DNA of 64,000 nt from the NCBI GenBank assembly GCA_963701295.1, contig OY969585.1, positions 672,001 to 736,000 on the forward strand, in the 5' to 3' direction. The position numbers and the translations under genes are program-made. Positions within the stretch are counted from its first letter, which is position 1; every line of letters begins with the position of its first letter. This DNA comes from Ignavibacteriota bacterium (GTDB lineage: Bacteria > Bacteroidota > Ignavibacteria > UBA10030). The notes under the pieces are model-generated. The model did not search any database, was not told the origin of the DNA, and saw only the letters and a program-made list of their open reading frames with translations. Below, one piece after another: positions 50,939-61,896 of this stretch.

Positions 50939-52858
50939 TTATTTTGGAATTTTTCCAGACCGAATTAATTTTACTCTCTCACTTGCAAGCGCATCAGAGT
51001 TTGTTTCGAGAAATCGTTGAAAACAATAAGCAGATCTCTCGAACTCTTTATTTTCATAAAAATAAAGCCCTAAATCATAGTACATTTCGGGACATGATTC
51101 TGTGCTCTTCAATAATCCATGAAGACCAAACTGAATTGCCTCTTCGAAATGGTCATCATAATAACAAAACGTGGATAGTCCTAATTCCTTTGAAGGAAAA
51201 TATCTTTTTGTCAATCTGAATATTTGAGGAACATGCGAATAATCTCGCCTTAAAATACTATCAATCTCTGTCGAATCAATGTTTTTATATTGACTCAACT
51301 GTGCTGTATAAGTAAAAGGCGGAATAGAATCTGCATATCCTTTCTTAACATAGATGGCATCTAGCTCATCAAAATACAGTAGCCGCCAAGTAGTATCTTC
51401 CCTAAAATGATGTATCCATATAAATTCATACTCGTGGGGAAATAATACTATTTCTGGCTGATATTCAGCAAGTATTTTATCTTTTTTTATGCTATTCCAA
51501 AGAAATGAATATTTGCTGAAAAATTCTTCACCCATCACCTCAAGTCTGCCATCAATTGATACTTTTTGTGGAAGCATGTAAATAAGGAACCCACCAGATT
51601 GGATATCGTTAAGTATCTTTCCTTTCAAATGATTATCTCGCAAAAATTGTGAAGCTTTATAGGGAAGCAGTGTATTGCTATACTTGTAACCAAACCTAAA
51701 ACCTGACCCGTAATTGATGTAATAAGAATCTGTTACAATGGCTTTAATCAATACAATAGAAAGCATTATGACAATACAACTAAGAATTATTTGAATTCTT
51801 GTTCGGTTAAATCGCGTATTCTTTGGCGTTTTATCGGTTAAATCACTTCGTTGGAGACCTTGAATTGTGGCTGGTAGAATTGCAAAAATATAGAATCCAA
51901 TATTTTTTATTGATGTACATCCGAGATATAAAAAAAACAAAAATACGAGAAGCTCATGTAATTTGATCCGTTTCAGGCGCATAATAAAAATAATGATACT
52001 CACAACAAGGAATATTTGGAAAAAAAACAGAGGCTGAAAAAGAACAAATGCACCATTATTAAAATACATTCCGAGACTTAACGGAGAGAGAAGTTCACTG
52101 ATACTGTATTTAAAAATATTTGAACCCTGTAACAACTGAAATTGGCGGAAAGGATATGCAACTCCCTTAAAAAAATAGGGGTTGATCAAAGAAATTCCCA
52201 TTGAGAGCAATCCATAATATGTCATAGGTGTCCACAGTCTCCGCTCTCTCCAGATAGATCCTAATATATAGCTACCAATTACTATCCATCCGATAATAAA
52301 AATGGAATGTGTGTTCGTCCATAATAACATGATTAATGGGAGGAATACAAGAGAATTTTTCCCTCGTTCAACATATTCATCAAGAACTATAAAAATAAGA
52401 TTCAGATATATCCAGGAAAAAGTATGTGGTCTTATTTCAAAAAGTGCGGCAACTGAACAAATCGTTAAAAATAATAGCCATTGCCAATGAGATATCTCGT
52501 TCAAATTTTGTTTTCGCATGATTCGGAACAACACGAGTATAAAACTCACAACAATAAGCAATGCATTACTTGCCACCAATCCGAATTCACCAAACAAAGT
52601 ACCGATGACGGCGATTGTTATTTGATATAGCCATTGCATGTCGATGTAATCATGAGTTCCGACAGTATAGGTAAACATATCTTTTCCTGGAAACTCAGAA
52701 TTTTGTAAAATCCATATACCTGTCTTTGTGTGGAATCCTACATCCGGGCCATAAATTTGCCTAAAAGCAGAAACAATCACCAGAATGAGCAAGAAAGAGA
52801 GCGTGATTTTGTTCAATACAGAAAGGGTCTTAATTTGTCCGAATATTTTTTTATTCAT
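50939..52858 (-). CDS. Polytopic membrane protein, GT-C-like, with C-terminal TPR-like helix pair
   Basis: D.GFH..TG, D.FTYT, WLYQ, RP..FS, LWTNTH, SIDGR motifs; many TM segments; AT-rich. Confidence 0.65.
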   Translation of the reverse strand: MNKKIFGQIKTLSVLNKITLSFLLILVIVSAFRQIYGPDVGFHTKTGIWILQNSEFPGKDMFTYTVGTHDYIDMQWLYQITIAVIGTLFGEFGLVASNALLIVVSFILVLFRIMRKQNLNEISHWQWLLFLTICSVAALFEIRPHTFSWIYLNLIFIVLDEYVERGKNSLVFLPLIMLLWTNTHSIFIIGWIVIGSYILGSIWRERRLWTPMTYYGLLSMGISLINPYFFKGVAYPFRQFQLLQGSNIFKYSISELLSPLSLGMYFNNGAFVLFQPLFFFQIFLVVSIIIFIMRLKRIKLHELLVFLFFLYLGCTSIKNIGFYIFAILPATIQGLQRSDLTDKTPKNTRFNRTRIQIILSCIVIMLSIVLIKAIVTDSYYINYGSGFRFGYKYSNTLLPYKASQFLRDNHLKGKILNDIQSGGFLIYMLPQKVSIDGRLEVMGEEFFSKYSFLWNSIKKDKILAEYQPEIVLFPHEYEFIWIHHFREDTTWRLLYFDELDAIYVKKGYADSIPPFTYTAQLSQYKNIDSTEIDSILRRDYSHVPQIFRLTKRYFPSKELGLSTFCYYDDHFEEAIQFGLHGLLKSTESCPEMYYDLGLYFYENKEFERSAYCFQRFLETNSDALASERVKLIRSGKIPK

Positions 52859-53219
52859 AAATCGTATTACCTTTTGTTGTATGTTATGATTAAAGTGAGA
52901 GGTAGCAGAATGTGCGCTATCTTAGAGTATATCCATAAATAGTTCAATTATTTTTTGCTCCCTCTATTCATCCAGCCATTGATAGAAACACTCATTTCTG
53001 TATGAGAAAGGTACCGGCTCGCTGTTCCTTATTACCACAGGTCGTTCAGTAAACTTTCCGATACAGAATACTGATGTCGTCATTATTCGAAAAGTTGCAT
53101 ATCAAGATCATACAACTTGCTGGCACTCCGGATTTCCGAAATGACGTTATCCATCATTCTCACAGAATTAAGAAATAGAGGATTGATCTCCATCTGTTTC
53201 CTTTTCCATTCTTTGTCGT

Positions 53220-53351
53220 TTACACAAGTTCATCTGCTGCTGTTTTATTGATGTCAAGAATCCTGTTCTCATCATCCAGGATAAGTATCATCTCAGGCAA
53301 AAAATCAACAACGTGCCCATATTGCGAAAATAGGAACAACAACTCGGGCAT
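53220..53351 (-). pseudogene. Truncated duplicate of the PAS kinase 5' end (43 codons), within repeat copy 2 (53225-53397)
   Basis: MPELLFLFSQYGHVVDFLPEMILILDDENRILDINKTAADELV-stop vs MPELSFLFSQYGRVVDLLPEMVLILDDENRILDTNKTAADELG at 50825. Confidence 0.88.
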
Positions 53352-53613
53352 AGTGATACTAATAAGGTACATCAAGGTTCAGAGATTGGCAAGACGCTTA
53401 GTGAACAATAAGAAAAATCTGTTTTCAGATCTATTCTCAGGGATAAATTTAAGATGAAATGAAATTGATACTATTCTGTACAAATATCAACTGCTTATGA
53501 TATCTCGCTATTCTCTTGGTGCTAGGCTACCTATTCCGAAATATTTTGCCGCTTGTTTTGTCTCCAGGTACTCTGCCGTGAATTGCTTAATGAGCTTACG
53601 GATTTTGAACCCA

Positions 53614-55941
53614 TCAGTTTTTTTTAACCTTCCTTTGTTCTTTCCAGTGGAGAAGATTTAACACATTGCAATACTGATATCTGTTAGGATCTAATATTGA
53701 GCGCCATAAGGGAAATTCTGTATATGGATAATTATCGGTGATAATCGGTACATCCTGAAGGTACTCAGCAAGTTCGGTCTCATTCAATATGAAAAGGTCT
53801 GCTAACGCATCGCCAGAGTAAACAGATTTGTCCCATTCATTTATATCTTCCAGAAATTTCTTGTTTTCGAACGCCTGATGAAAGCGATCAAGTGGTACCT
53901 GGACCGGCTTTTGAGTACCAATTAAATAAAAGCCATTGCACACAGGCCCTTTCCACAGTGACGTATGAGGAAACACGCTTTGGAACGTTTTCATAATCAT
54001 ACGTACTTCAGTATAGTGCGCTTCCGGGACCCACAGGCAAAGAGTGCCGTTCGAATCAAGATGGTCCTTGCATAACGCGATAAACTCCCGTGAATAGAGA
54101 TTCACCGTTCCTGCGCTGTAAATGGGAGGAGCCGGATCGATAGTAATGACGCTATACGACTTATCACGCATGAGTAAATAATTTCGTCCGTCACCCACAA
54201 CATGATTTACCCGGGGGTTTTTCAAAATCTCAGGTCCATCCCGATGGTAGAACTCATAGGCATCATATGTATCGGGGACCAATTCTACAACATCTATAGT
54301 AAGATTCTCATGGACGAAAGCCGATCGAAGCGTGGTCCCCATTCCGAAACACACAATGAGAACATCTTTAGGCTTTTCGGTCAGAAGAATCGGAATGTGT
54401 GCCATGAGTTTTGTATCAGTTACGAGTATGGTCATACCATACCCATTAATCCATAATTGCTTCCATAATGGATATTGTAATGACCCAAACGCAGTTACGG
54501 TTGCCGCTACGCTTTCTCTGTGCAGATAAATAATTCCATCATCACCGAACATTTTTTTAATTCGCTGTTTGGTAATTTGATAGAACGGATCATGAACAAT
54601 TTGTGCTGCTAGGAGTGTGCAGATAATCCCGGCAATGGCAAAGGAAAGTCGGCGTGTATTGCGATATGTTCGTGTGCTGGTGAGAAGCAATGTTATTCCC
54701 ACGAGGAGATTGATCCCAGATAACACCAATATCGTTAGTGCAGAACCTAATACTGGAATAAATATAAACCCGCACACAAGGGAACCAAGAATACATCCTA
54801 CTGTATTGACTGAATAAATCTGGCCTATCGATTTGCCGATACTTTCCTCGCTTTTTGTAAAACATCGTGCAACCGTCGGGAAAAGTATCCCAAGACAAAT
54901 TGTAACGGGAAAAATGAGTACGCTCGCCGCCAATACTCCACTGAGATTTTTCTTGTCGATAGGGACAAGCAGTAGCAGTCCGAGTACAGCGAAAAACGCT
55001 ATCACTATTTCAAGGATAGCAAATAAATACACTGGGTCTTCCAAACGATCTACAAATTTCCTTCCCCATAAACTACCCAGCGCGATACCGATCAGATAGA
55101 TACTTAACATTGCGCTAAAAGCATATATCGATGTTTCGAGAAAGAGCGGAAGTATACGTGTCCAAACCACCTCGTACCCGAGAGCAACGAATCCGCTGAC
55201 AGCAAAAGCTATCATAACGACTAATCTGACACGATTAGAATATGGAGATATCACAGCCTCCCCTGCCATCTGTTGAGGGACGGTTTGTTTCACCTTTGCT
55301 GGTATGGATCGGACAGATACTTGTTTTCGGTTCAAGTAGAATGCGACGGAGGCTGCATACAGATTTCCTCCTATACCAATAAGGATTGTATTGAATTCGC
55401 CCAGATGGCCGATAAAAAAAAATCCGCTTCCGAGGACTCCGATAAGTGCACCCAGAGTATTTATTCCATACAGAGTTCCTATCAGATTCCCAAATTGTGA
55501 CTTTTCACGTGCGAGGAAACCACTTAAGACCGGCAACGTTCCCCCCATTAACGTCGTAGGAACGATAAGACAGAGAAAGACGATGCATGTACGGACGATC
55601 GAAAGTGTAGATTCATTGGTGAGACTATATACCCATCGATAAACTGGTACGAGCAATTCAAATATAAAAGGCATGGCGAAAGCAGACAGGGCAATTCCGA
55701 GTTCAAGAAATGCATATAAGCGCAGCAAACGTGGCGAACGATCCATATATTTTCCCAGCGTATAGCTTCCCAATGCCAGACCTGCCATGAACGATCCCAG
55801 AATGGTTGACGTTGCATAGACAGTACAGCCAAGCACTCGGATAAGAATTCTAAGCCAAACCACCTCGTATATGAGCGCGCTCATACCAGAAAGGAAAAAT
55901 ATAAAAAAAATGGATTTTGGTCGCTTGCTTTCTATTCCCAT
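53614..55941 (-). CDS. Fused MFS-like membrane / spermidine synthase-like protein
   Basis: SG.SALIYEVVW, LMGGTLP, LYGINTLG repeated TM units; VVELVP, DGRNYL, DPAPP, NLYSREF; start moved to MGIESK. Confidence 0.85.
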   Translation of the reverse strand: MGIESKRPKSIFFIFFLSGMSALIYEVVWLRILIRVLGCTVYATSTILGSFMAGLALGSYTLGKYMDRSPRLLRLYAFLELGIALSAFAMPFIFELLVPVYRWVYSLTNESTLSIVRTCIVFLCLIVPTTLMGGTLPVLSGFLAREKSQFGNLIGTLYGINTLGALIGVLGSGFFFIGHLGEFNTILIGIGGNLYAASVAFYLNRKQVSVRSIPAKVKQTVPQQMAGEAVISPYSNRVRLVVMIAFAVSGFVALGYEVVWTRILPLFLETSIYAFSAMLSIYLIGIALGSLWGRKFVDRLEDPVYLFAILEIVIAFFAVLGLLLLVPIDKKNLSGVLAASVLIFPVTICLGILFPTVARCFTKSEESIGKSIGQIYSVNTVGCILGSLVCGFIFIPVLGSALTILVLSGINLLVGITLLLTSTRTYRNTRRLSFAIAGIICTLLAAQIVHDPFYQITKQRIKKMFGDDGIIYLHRESVAATVTAFGSLQYPLWKQLWINGYGMTILVTDTKLMAHIPILLTEKPKDVLIVCFGMGTTLRSAFVHENLTIDVVELVPDTYDAYEFYHRDGPEILKNPRVNHVVGDGRNYLLMRDKSYSVITIDPAPPIYSAGTVNLYSREFIALCKDHLDSNGTLCLWVPEAHYTEVRMIMKTFQSVFPHTSLWKGPVCNGFYLIGTQKPVQVPLDRFHQAFENKKFLEDINEWDKSVYSGDALADLFILNETELAEYLQDVPIITDNYPYTEFPLWRSILDPNRYQYCNVLNLLHWKEQRKVKKN

Positions 55942-56040
55942 AATCTTTTCTTCCTCATTTCTTACCACGATGTTATGTGCATTGTGCTTGAAGGTACATA
56001 ATAAAACCATCAGTTAAAATGGTTTTGAGCTTTTACAAAC

Positions 56041-56075
56041 AAAAAAAAATCCGGCGACCACTTCTGGCACGCCGG
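56041..56075 (-). terminator. Rho-independent terminator
   Basis: CCGGCG/CGCCGG stem followed by T9 on the minus strand. Confidence 0.65.
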
Positions 56076-56111
56076 GCATTTTTTCCAAAAAGATGAATCG
56101 AAAAGTAAAAT

Positions 56112-57108
56112 CTACAATGTCACCTGCTCGGGCAATGGTAGTGTAAACCGTTGAACCTGCTTTTGAATCTCATGCTCCCAGCCATTGAAATTCTTGGTCG
56201 ACCTTTCAAGCTCTTTTTGTACCTGATCTATTTCAGGTTGAAGTTCGTCCATCTCTAGACGCATTTCTGCATCATCGAATGGGTCCATTCGGAATATTCG
56301 AATATGGGGTCTTCGTAAAAAGAAATTTTTCTGGATACATGGTTGTTCTTCCATTTCCACATTCAGTATTATCTTTGCGCTTTTTCGCTTGACTTCAAAC
56401 TTCACCGTATCGCCCTCATTGGATTTTTGAAGTTCTTTCTGGATTTTTTCCACTGCATCTACTGTTTTTCCCCCAACACGGATAACGATGTCGCCTGCTT
56501 TGAATCCCGCTTTTTCAGCAGTACCTCTTATGTTCCACTTCCTCCACCAACACTCCTTCGTTATTCGGTGTGCCGAAGTATTCCCCAAGCTGTTCGTTGA
56601 GTGCAAGAAGCTGCAACCCGAGAATGCGATTACCTGCAAAGACATGGACATCAGGTATATTAGGCATTCCGCCGAATATGCAATGCTGCGATTCTTTTTT
56701 CTTACCGACTGTCAAATGAAGCGTTTTCTTTTCGCCTTCGCGGACGATAACGAGGCTTACCTTGGTTTCAGGCAAAGTTCGATGCACTACTTTGACCAAA
56801 TCATCTGAGTCAAATATCTTTTTTTCATTAAACTCAATTATAACATCACACTCCTGAATTCCCGCGGAGTCTGCTGGACTGTCTTCAAAAACTTCATTTA
56901 CATATGCTCCCTCTTCAGAATCGAGCTTTGCCTTTCGAACAACCTTCTCATTTACATCTTGGACCGTGACTCCGATCCAACCTGATATCTTCATCTTTTC
57001 TTTCTTTTGCGCCCCACCTGAAAGCCTGCCACTTGCACTCAGCATAGTACCCGTTGTTAGAAGGAGCACTACCGATATACACCCCATCATCCGTAACATT
57101 GTTCTCAT
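56112..57108 (-). pseudogene. Secreted tandem-PDZ protein split by a frameshift near 56525
   Basis: Frame A: signal peptide, GWIGV, DSPADSAGI, LGLQL...EGVLVEEVEHK; frame B continues GTAEKAGFKAGDIVIRV, completing PDZ2. Confidence 0.8.
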
Positions 57109-57436
57109 GACCGTCTATCCTTTCAATGGTAAGATACGTTCTTATATAACATTGAATCTTTCTATCAGCTCAATTTTATAGACGGCACATTGTACAGAAT
57201 TGTTCCCAATGAAGAGTGGATGCGGAAAATAATAAAGAGATAGGCAGCAATACAGCGAAGTCTAAAAAGGTTCCGCTCATCTTAAGTGAAAAATATTCGC
57301 GAGACGGTACAAGAAACATTTTGCCTTCCTCAGACTTTAACCCTAGAAATCCGGATCCTTGTGATTCTAACATATCGATAGCTGCCACAAAATATTTCTG
57401 TTTTATTCCTTGGAGTAATTTGTTACTGGTTTTTTC

Positions 57437-59212
57437 TTACACATGGAGTTTACTTTTAATTTCCTTAAGAAGACCATCGGGGATGATTATTCCTTGCTTT
57501 ACCGCTAATTGACATATGGTCCATGCTTTTACAAATTCGCCCTGTTCATAATACAAATACGTAAGATTGAAATAGACGATGTCAAACGAAGGGTTCAGTT
57601 CCAAGGATAATAACCATTCCAATTCTGTTTGTCTATAACGATGGGCATCATAGTAGAGAATTCCAAGATTATATGGGATGTTGGCGTTTTGTGGATCGAG
57701 TTTTTTTGCAAAGAGAAATAATTCTTCTGCTCTCAAAAAGAAGCCGCGCGCATAATTTGAGATAGCGAGTGCATGTATTAGTTCTTTATTAGACGAGTCA
57801 TTTATGAATTTAATTTCTAAAGTTTCAAGGATATCTCTGGTTCGTTTGCAATTCTTTATCGAATCCCTTGCTTCAATATCAACGACCGGCGTATTTAATG
57901 GAATTCGGTAATTTTGAATTTGTTGTTTGAGCGATAAAGGCAAACTCATTCTCTCCATTGAGCTGTACAACCACATATCATGCGGGGATGTTTCTGCAGC
58001 ATACTGCCGTAGCGTTATGAAATTTTGGAAGTGAAATGTTTGGCGATAACTTTTCCAGCAAAGAAAAACAATAATGATCCCCAATAAATACGGAATTAGT
58101 CTTTTAAATAGATGTATATTCTTTGTGAACGTAAGAGATGATAAAAGAATAACTATGCCTATCATTGGTACATAAATACGATGTTCATAATAGGGAATAT
58201 GGATTTCCACACTGTCGGAGTGATAGATAAATGTCGGGATGAGCAATAAACCGAACCAGAGGATCCCAAAGAGTATTATTTTCCAATTACGATTTTTAGA
58301 ATAAATAATTATGCTCAGAAGAAACAGAGTAGAAAGAATTCCAGGTACTATATGGATATCTGGATAAAGCGGGCCAAAAGCTAAATCAACAGGCCAGAAT
58401 ATTTTCCCCAAATAAAAGGAAACAATCCAAAGATCTGAAAACAAATTCTTCATAACTCTCAGAGGAGAAGTGAACGGAGCTATTTGAGCAGCCATGCGGA
58501 GAATATACCAGTTCACAAACACTACCATCCAAACGACGATTAATCCGATTATTTGAGTTGTAGTAGCTTTGTCTTTATGGACAAAAAAGATATAAAAGAG
58601 AAATACGAATGGAAAGACAAGCGTTGTTTCTTTCGTAAAAAGCGCAAGTGCAAAAAATAACAAATGAGCGAAGTACCACTTATACGATGATGATGACATA
58701 AATTTCAAAAAAGAAATAAAACACAATAAAATGAAAAATGCTAAAAGCGAGTCATTCCTCCCTGATATCCATGCAACGGATTGAGTAAGCGCTGGATGGA
58801 CTGTGAAGATGAAGGATAGGATGAAACTAATTGCCCTTGACACCCCAAGATTTAATAGCATAATGAAAAGGAGTAAACAAGAACCTGTGTGGAGAAGGAC
58901 ATTAATTAGAAAATGTCCCCACAGCTCTGTGCCGCTAATTTGCGTGCCGAGAATGAATGAAACATTCAACATTGGCCGATAAAGATTTCCACCTTGACCT
59001 TGATGACCAACATCTTCAAGAAATTGACGCCCGATATCGCTTAGTTCATCAATCTTCGAGTAGTTCTCTACTATTAAAAAATGATCATCGTAGTATGTAT
59101 ATTCTGAAAAGAAAATAACATGGCCGTAGAGAAGAAAAGATGATATTGCAATCCAAAGGTATGGACGCCATGATTTTATAAAGGTATCTTTTGCAATCTG
59201 GGACTTAATCAT
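57437..59212 (-). CDS. TMTC-like GT-C membrane protein with C-terminal TPRs (putative protein O-glycosyltransferase)
   Basis: YDD, YRP, N..LH, VHP...SVAWISGRNDSL, KE, EHRIYVP; TPRs (YNLGILY). Confidence 0.8.
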   Translation of the reverse strand: MIKSQIAKDTFIKSWRPYLWIAISSFLLYGHVIFFSEYTYYDDHFLIVENYSKIDELSDIGRQFLEDVGHQGQGGNLYRPMLNVSFILGTQISGTELWGHFLINVLLHTGSCLLLFIMLLNLGVSRAISFILSFIFTVHPALTQSVAWISGRNDSLLAFFILLCFISFLKFMSSSSYKWYFAHLLFFALALFTKETTLVFPFVFLFYIFFVHKDKATTTQIIGLIVVWMVVFVNWYILRMAAQIAPFTSPLRVMKNLFSDLWIVSFYLGKIFWPVDLAFGPLYPDIHIVPGILSTLFLLSIIIYSKNRNWKIILFGILWFGLLLIPTFIYHSDSVEIHIPYYEHRIYVPMIGIVILLSSLTFTKNIHLFKRLIPYLLGIIIVFLCWKSYRQTFHFQNFITLRQYAAETSPHDMWLYSSMERMSLPLSLKQQIQNYRIPLNTPVVDIEARDSIKNCKRTRDILETLEIKFINDSSNKELIHALAISNYARGFFLRAEELFLFAKKLDPQNANIPYNLGILYYDAHRYRQTELEWLLSLELNPSFDIVYFNLTYLYYEQGEFVKAWTICQLAVKQGIIIPDGLLKEIKSKLHV

Positions 59213-59330
59213 AGATTACATTATTTATTCTTTTCTAGACTTCTGAGATATTGGTGGAATAACAGCAGTTCGTGATTGCCTTCAGAAAACACAATCGAAA
59301 GATTGGGATTACCGTTGTTAATTTGATTGT

Positions 59331-60959
59331 TCAGATATCTCTCTTTTTATAAATCGAGATCCAAAATACATGTGTTGGTTTCTTTAATAAACTATGTGTA
59401 TCTGTAATCAGTAATGTGTCTTTAATATTATTATATTCAAAACGAGCAATTATAGGATAATTTGATTTTGCAAATCTAAAAAACCATTTATCTAACTCCT
59501 CCGAACCTTTACGTTTTTTATACCATTCGGGTTCAATATTTGTATAAATGAGTAGTTTGGGAAAAGCTGATTCCACTTGACGCATCATTTCAAGACGAAA
59601 CTGTTCAGCTAAGGGTTGGTCTTCAGCAATCGAGTATGTATAAATAAATGATGTTGCAGACTTTCGCTGAGAATAAAATAGGAATTGCGGCTCATTTCCG
59701 ATGATTGCGATTCGATCTTCTTTTGAGGTTTCTTCTCGTATAATATCTGCTATTAAAGGAGAGTAAGGGAATGGATATTGTTGATATACTGTTTGTGTTA
59801 CCTCAATAGGTGAAAACTGGTAGAGGACGTCCCAGTGAGCAATGATAGTACTAAGAATTGCTATTGTGACAATAAAGACAGGTGGAAAATAGTGTACTGT
59901 TGGCAATGAAGCAGTTGAGAAAATATGGAAAATAAATCGAATTCCAATTCCAAAGAGCATGGCAACGGCAGGCAGTACTAAGACGAAATAATGCGGTCTG
60001 AAATAGAAACCGACTGAAAGAGCAACGATGCTAGCGATAGTTAATCCCAAAATGAGAATACAAGATTGTCTGCAATTTGCGGCAAAGAATAGAGTAATAA
60101 ACCCAACACCAGCTATGATCCATATGAGCTTTGTGTGTTGCCAGAGAGGGATAAAAGATGAAAAGAAATAGTATCCAATATCCATCTTTGGCACAAGTGA
60201 ACTATACTCCCTTGCATAGGTAAATGTCCATTGATAGAATTTTTCAAGAACTCCAGCGTAAGCAAGATAGGAAAGACATAGAAGTAAGGGAATAACAGCC
60301 CCTCCAAAATAAGCCAAAATGTATTTCCAATAAATTCTCTTTTCGAATGATTTGTTTTGCCATAATGAAATAAGGAGGGCTACAAATCCAAAAAGGCCGA
60401 AAAATCCACCTTGTTGTTTCACAAGGGCTGCGCAACTAAACAGGACAGCGCTGAACAGAATAAAATCTTTTCGGTTTTTTCTCAATCCCGAAAGCAAGAG
60501 AAGATTAGCACCGATGACAAAGGGTAAAATGAAATGTTCGGCATTTGCCCAAAACCCTTGAACGTGGTAGCTCATACTCAAAAGTGCAAACGCGCCAGCA
60601 GAAGCTGTCGCAACCCAATCATCATACGCTGTTCGCGTAAAAATGAAAAGAAGAATAATAGAGAGTACATTGACAAGAAGGAGACAAAAATGGATTGCGG
60701 TATGTGTCTCACCGAAAAGCCATAATATTCCGGCATAGATAAAGTAAATGCCAGGGAATTTCATATTGTATGCTTCTGCGTAAGGCGGAGTTCCACCAAG
60801 AATGAGCTGGCCCATATATGCATATTCACCTTCATCACGCTCAAGTGGAACATCTAATAATCGCACCCGAATAATCATTGTGAAAAGAATAATGAAAAAG
60901 AGGAGAATAAGGGGGAGAGGAGTATTGAATATTTTCGATCTCATAGAGAATGATTCCAC
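59331..60959 (-). CDS. GT39/ArnT-like (PMT_2) membrane glycosyltransferase
   Basis: ERDEGEYAY, PPY...KFPG, N.E.F, KQ, PHYF; many TM segments. Confidence 0.82.
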   Translation of the reverse strand: MESFSMRSKIFNTPLPLILLFFIILFTMIIRVRLLDVPLERDEGEYAYMGQLILGGTPPYAEAYNMKFPGIYFIYAGILWLFGETHTAIHFCLLLVNVLSIILLFIFTRTAYDDWVATASAGAFALLSMSYHVQGFWANAEHFILPFVIGANLLLLSGLRKNRKDFILFSAVLFSCAALVKQQGGFFGLFGFVALLISLWQNKSFEKRIYWKYILAYFGGAVIPLLLCLSYLAYAGVLEKFYQWTFTYAREYSSLVPKMDIGYYFFSSFIPLWQHTKLIWIIAGVGFITLFFAANCRQSCILILGLTIASIVALSVGFYFRPHYFVLVLPAVAMLFGIGIRFIFHIFSTASLPTVHYFPPVFIVTIAILSTIIAHWDVLYQFSPIEVTQTVYQQYPFPYSPLIADIIREETSKEDRIAIIGNEPQFLFYSQRKSATSFIYTYSIAEDQPLAEQFRLEMMRQVESAFPKLLIYTNIEPEWYKKRKGSEELDKWFFRFAKSNYPIIARFEYNNIKDTLLITDTHSLLKKPTHVFWISIYKKRDI

Positions 60960-61367
60960 TGCTGCATTACTTGATTGGATAATAATTGAATCTTATACAT
61001 TGCCTCCTTAATGTCTCTCTCAAAAAAAGCGTTGCGGACAGTTTCTCTATCATCTTCTTGGAACAATTCTCATGTGCTTCTTTGTTTCCTTAACACACTT
61101 CAAAAACAGATTTATCCTTCGGATGGAACTTCAGTTTTTAGCGGACCAAGAATTATTTATTCCATCCGACATCATTGTAGAAACATGCGTTTCGTTAGTG
61201 CTATTCCTGCAAATATTCCGTCGTTTACACTCTGCCAATATACTAAGTAGTTTAAATAGTTAAAAACAGGATTTTATGAAAGCTTAGTCAAAAAGAACAT
61301 ACTCTTTTGTTATGCCCGAATATTGGAATTAGTAGGGATAATATTTCCTTCCCAGCTTTTAGTACAT

Positions 61368-61405
61368 AAAAAAGCCCAACCATCTTCGTGCAGAAGATGG
61401 TTGGG
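61368..61405 (-). terminator. Strong Rho-independent terminator after the pilin-like gene
   Basis: Perfect 13-bp stem CCCAACCATCTTC/GAAGATGGTTGGG, 5-nt loop, T6 on the minus strand. Confidence 0.85.
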
Positions 61406-61445
61406 ACGACAGAAAAAACTTCTATGCCTTTTTCAGGTATGGAGC

Positions 61446-61829
61446 TTACTGGAAATCTGATCCTGTGAAACTCAAAGTCAATTTGCCGGTTGCATCTACA
61501 GATCCTACAACTGTGCAGCCTGAGTTTGCTATAGAAGCACCTGTAATTGTAATCGTTGTGGCAGCTGGAGTTGCAGTATATGTAGCATTAGAATTCGACG
61601 ACAGTCTTGATGGAATGTTATAGCCTGTATAAGCATTATTACCACCACCCATGGAGGATGTACGAATTCTATACTGATATGCATTTGCGGCAATATTGTT
61701 AACATCGTTAATGATAGCATCTTTGTTTGCCTGAATACTGTTTGCGGTAAACAAGCTCAATCCGACGGCAATTGCGATACCGACAATGATAACGCCGAGG
61801 ATGATAAGCAACAATTGTTGTTGTCCCAT
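61446..61829 (-). CDS. Type IV pilin-like protein (MGQQQLLL type)
   Basis: Very short leader, ~22-aa hydrophobic helix, amphipathic helix ending AYQY, Ser/Thr-rich head; GGAGG RBS. Confidence 0.7.
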   Translation of the reverse strand: MGQQQLLLIILGVIIVGIAIAVGLSLFTANSIQANKDAIINDVNNIAANAYQYRIRTSSMGGGNNAYTGYNIPSRLSSNSNATYTATPAATTITITGASIANSGCTVVGSVDATGKLTLSFTGSDFQ

Positions 61830-61896
61830 AATGAAACCTCCAGTAAATTGTTAAGTTTAATGTGAATTATTCATTTCATTCAACGATACAATATCT

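Noticed and set aside
61446-61829. Electrically conductive e-pilin
   Set aside because: Only 8 aromatic residues in 127, with long aromatic-free gaps and no type IVa N-terminus
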